This document shows positions 62,608 through 64,000 of a DNA stretch of 64,000 nucleotides, piece by piece. The notes beneath the pieces were generated by a model. That model was not told where the DNA came from and made no database searches. It saw only the letters and a list, made by a program, of their open reading frames with translations. Each line of letters starts with the position of its first letter. The first letter of the stretch is position 1. A program made the position numbers and the translations under genes. Source of the DNA: Lytechinus pictus (Eukaryota); NCBI RefSeq assembly GCF_037042905.1, contig NC_087252.1, positions 24,554,001 to 24,618,000 on the forward strand, given 5' to 3'.

Positions 62608-64000
62608 GCAAAGTGGATGCTTCTGATGCTTTCGATGACATTGACATCCCCTTTCTTGGCGAAATCAGAGAGAATGAGAAGACATACTGGAGTGCAGCTA
62701 TTCTTGTAGATGGGCTTGAAACACACTTCAAACTAGATACTGGAGCATCAGTTACTGTGCTGTCTGATTCTACTCCATGGCTGAACAGAAATAACCTACA
62801 ACCAACAAACAAGAAGTTACTTGGTCCGGGAGAAAAGGTTCTGACTGTAATTGGACAGATGACAGCAACCCTCCAGCATAGAGATAAACAGATCAAGGAA
62901 ACTCTCTATGTGGTTGAAAATCAGAGATGTTCATTGCTGAGCAGGAGGGCATGTTCAGACTTGAATCTAATCTGCAAGGTGGAGGAAGTAGACTACCAAA
63001 ATGGAGAAAATGCAAACTTCAAGGCTGAATTCCCACAGCTCTTCACTGGATTGGGAAAACTGAAGACAGCATACCAGATCACATTGGCTCCAGATGTCAA
63101 ACCAATGTGCCTGTACACAGCCAGGAAAGTTCCGCTCCCACTCCTACCCAAGGTGAAGAAAGAACTAGAGTCCATGTTGAAGCAAGGGGTAATCTCAAAA
63201 GTGACCGAACCAACAAAGTGGTGTTCAGGGATGGTTCCAGTACTAAAGCCCAATGGTTCAGTTAGAATTTGTGTAGACCTCACATCACTGAACAAAGCAG
63301 TTGAACGAGAGATTCATCCAATGTCTTCAGTGGATGAAAGCCTTGCAAAACTGGGAAAGAGTACGATCTTCACAAAGTTAGATGCCAACAGTGGTTTTTG
63401 GCAGATACCACTAAGTGATGAGTCCAAGCTGCTTACAACTTTCGTCACTCCATTTGGGAGATTCTGCTTCGACCGACTGCCATTTGGCATAACGTCTGCG
63501 CCTGAGGTCTTCCAAAGAACGATGTCAAATATCCTGGAAGGACTTGATGGAGTGATTTGCCACATGGACGATGTGCTAATCCATGGTGTAACACAAGCAG
63601 ACCATGACACCAGAGTTCGAGCTGTCCTTCAACGTTTGCAGGAAGCAGGAATCACACTAAACCATGACAAGTGTGAATTCTCACAACAGAGAGTGAAGTT
63701 CCTGGGGCACTTCATAGACAGAATTGGTGTCAAAGTTGATCCAAGCAAGACAAAAGCCATTCGTGATTTTCCAGCTCCACGTACAGTGAAGGAGTTACAA
63801 AGATTCCTAGGAATGGTGAACCAGGTGGGGAAATTCCTCCCCGCACTAGCTTCTATCAGTGAACCACTACATCAACTTCTGAAGAAGGACAATATATGGT
63901 GCTGGACAGAAGTACAACAGAGATCTTTCAAACAGATCAAAGAGATGCTGATCTCAACAGAAGTCTTGGCTCATTATGATCCTGAACTACCAACAGTCAT
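62604..64000 (+). CDS. pol: Gypsy pol (protease and reverse transcriptase), partial, open to the window end, in the -1 frame relative to gag
   Basis: FKLDTGASVT (protease); RICVDLTSLNK, KLDANSGFWQI, RLPFGITSAPEVFQ, CHMDDVLI (RT); FLGMVN. Confidence 0.88.
   Translation, partial: MSKVDASDAFDDIDIPFLGEIRENEKTYWSAAILVDGLETHFKLDTGASVTVLSDSTPWLNRNNLQPTNKKLLGPGEKVLTVIGQMTATLQHRDKQIKETLYVVENQRCSLLSRRACSDLNLICKVEEVDYQNGENANFKAEFPQLFTGLGKLKTAYQITLAPDVKPMCLYTARKVPLPLLPKVKKELESMLKQGVISKVTEPTKWCSGMVPVLKPNGSVRICVDLTSLNKAVEREIHPMSSVDESLAKLGKSTIFTKLDANSGFWQIPLSDESKLLTTFVTPFGRFCFDRLPFGITSAPEVFQRTMSNILEGLDGVICHMDDVLIHGVTQADHDTRVRAVLQRLQEAGITLNHDKCEFSQQRVKFLGHFIDRIGVKVDPSKTKAIRDFPAPRTVKELQRFLGMVNQVGKFLPALASISEPLHQLLKKDNIWCWTEVQQRSFKQIKEMLISTEVLAHYDPELPTV

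Larger units (their letters stand above)
56942..64000 (+). mobile_element. Ty3/Gypsy LTR retrotransposon (Mag-like), defective, runs off the window; sits antisense in a CENATAC intron
   Basis: Putative ~120-bp LTR TG...CA (56942-57061), then PBS TGGTGGCAGCG (tRNA-Leu 3' complement) at 57062. gag starts at 57085 (frameshift near 57205), is interrupted at 57582-62293, and resumes with two CCHC knuckles before pol. Confidence 0.88.

Overview
Eukaryotic, AT-rich and intron-rich genomic DNA; the repeat landscape looks like a marine invertebrate such as a sea urchin (inferred, not proven). Two host genes lie tail-to-tail. On +, a complete CEP164 orthologue has 29 hand-spliced coding exons (10235-45439, about 1438 aa), and its last intron is a U12-type minor-spliceosome intron. 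On -, the last four coding exons of CENATAC/CCDC84, a minor-spliceosome factor, lie at 56007-52630. Upstream of CEP164 is an intact, spliced DDE/CxxH transposase-like gene of about 965 aa, with an SV40-like NLS and a C-terminal Spindlin/Tudor-like segment. At least seven CEP164 exons are flanked by tandem degenerate copies of their own exon-intron junctions, many with intact splice sites that lead to premature stops. Introns carry many TEs: Helentron-type (HINE) elements bearing DR1 arrays, Kolobok-, piggyBac- and Harbinger-like MITEs, SINEs, L2 fragments, a Penelope fragment with a hammerhead-ribozyme motif, and a Gypsy element split by a 4.7-kb Academ-like foldback element. Family names come from recalled motifs; no database search was run.
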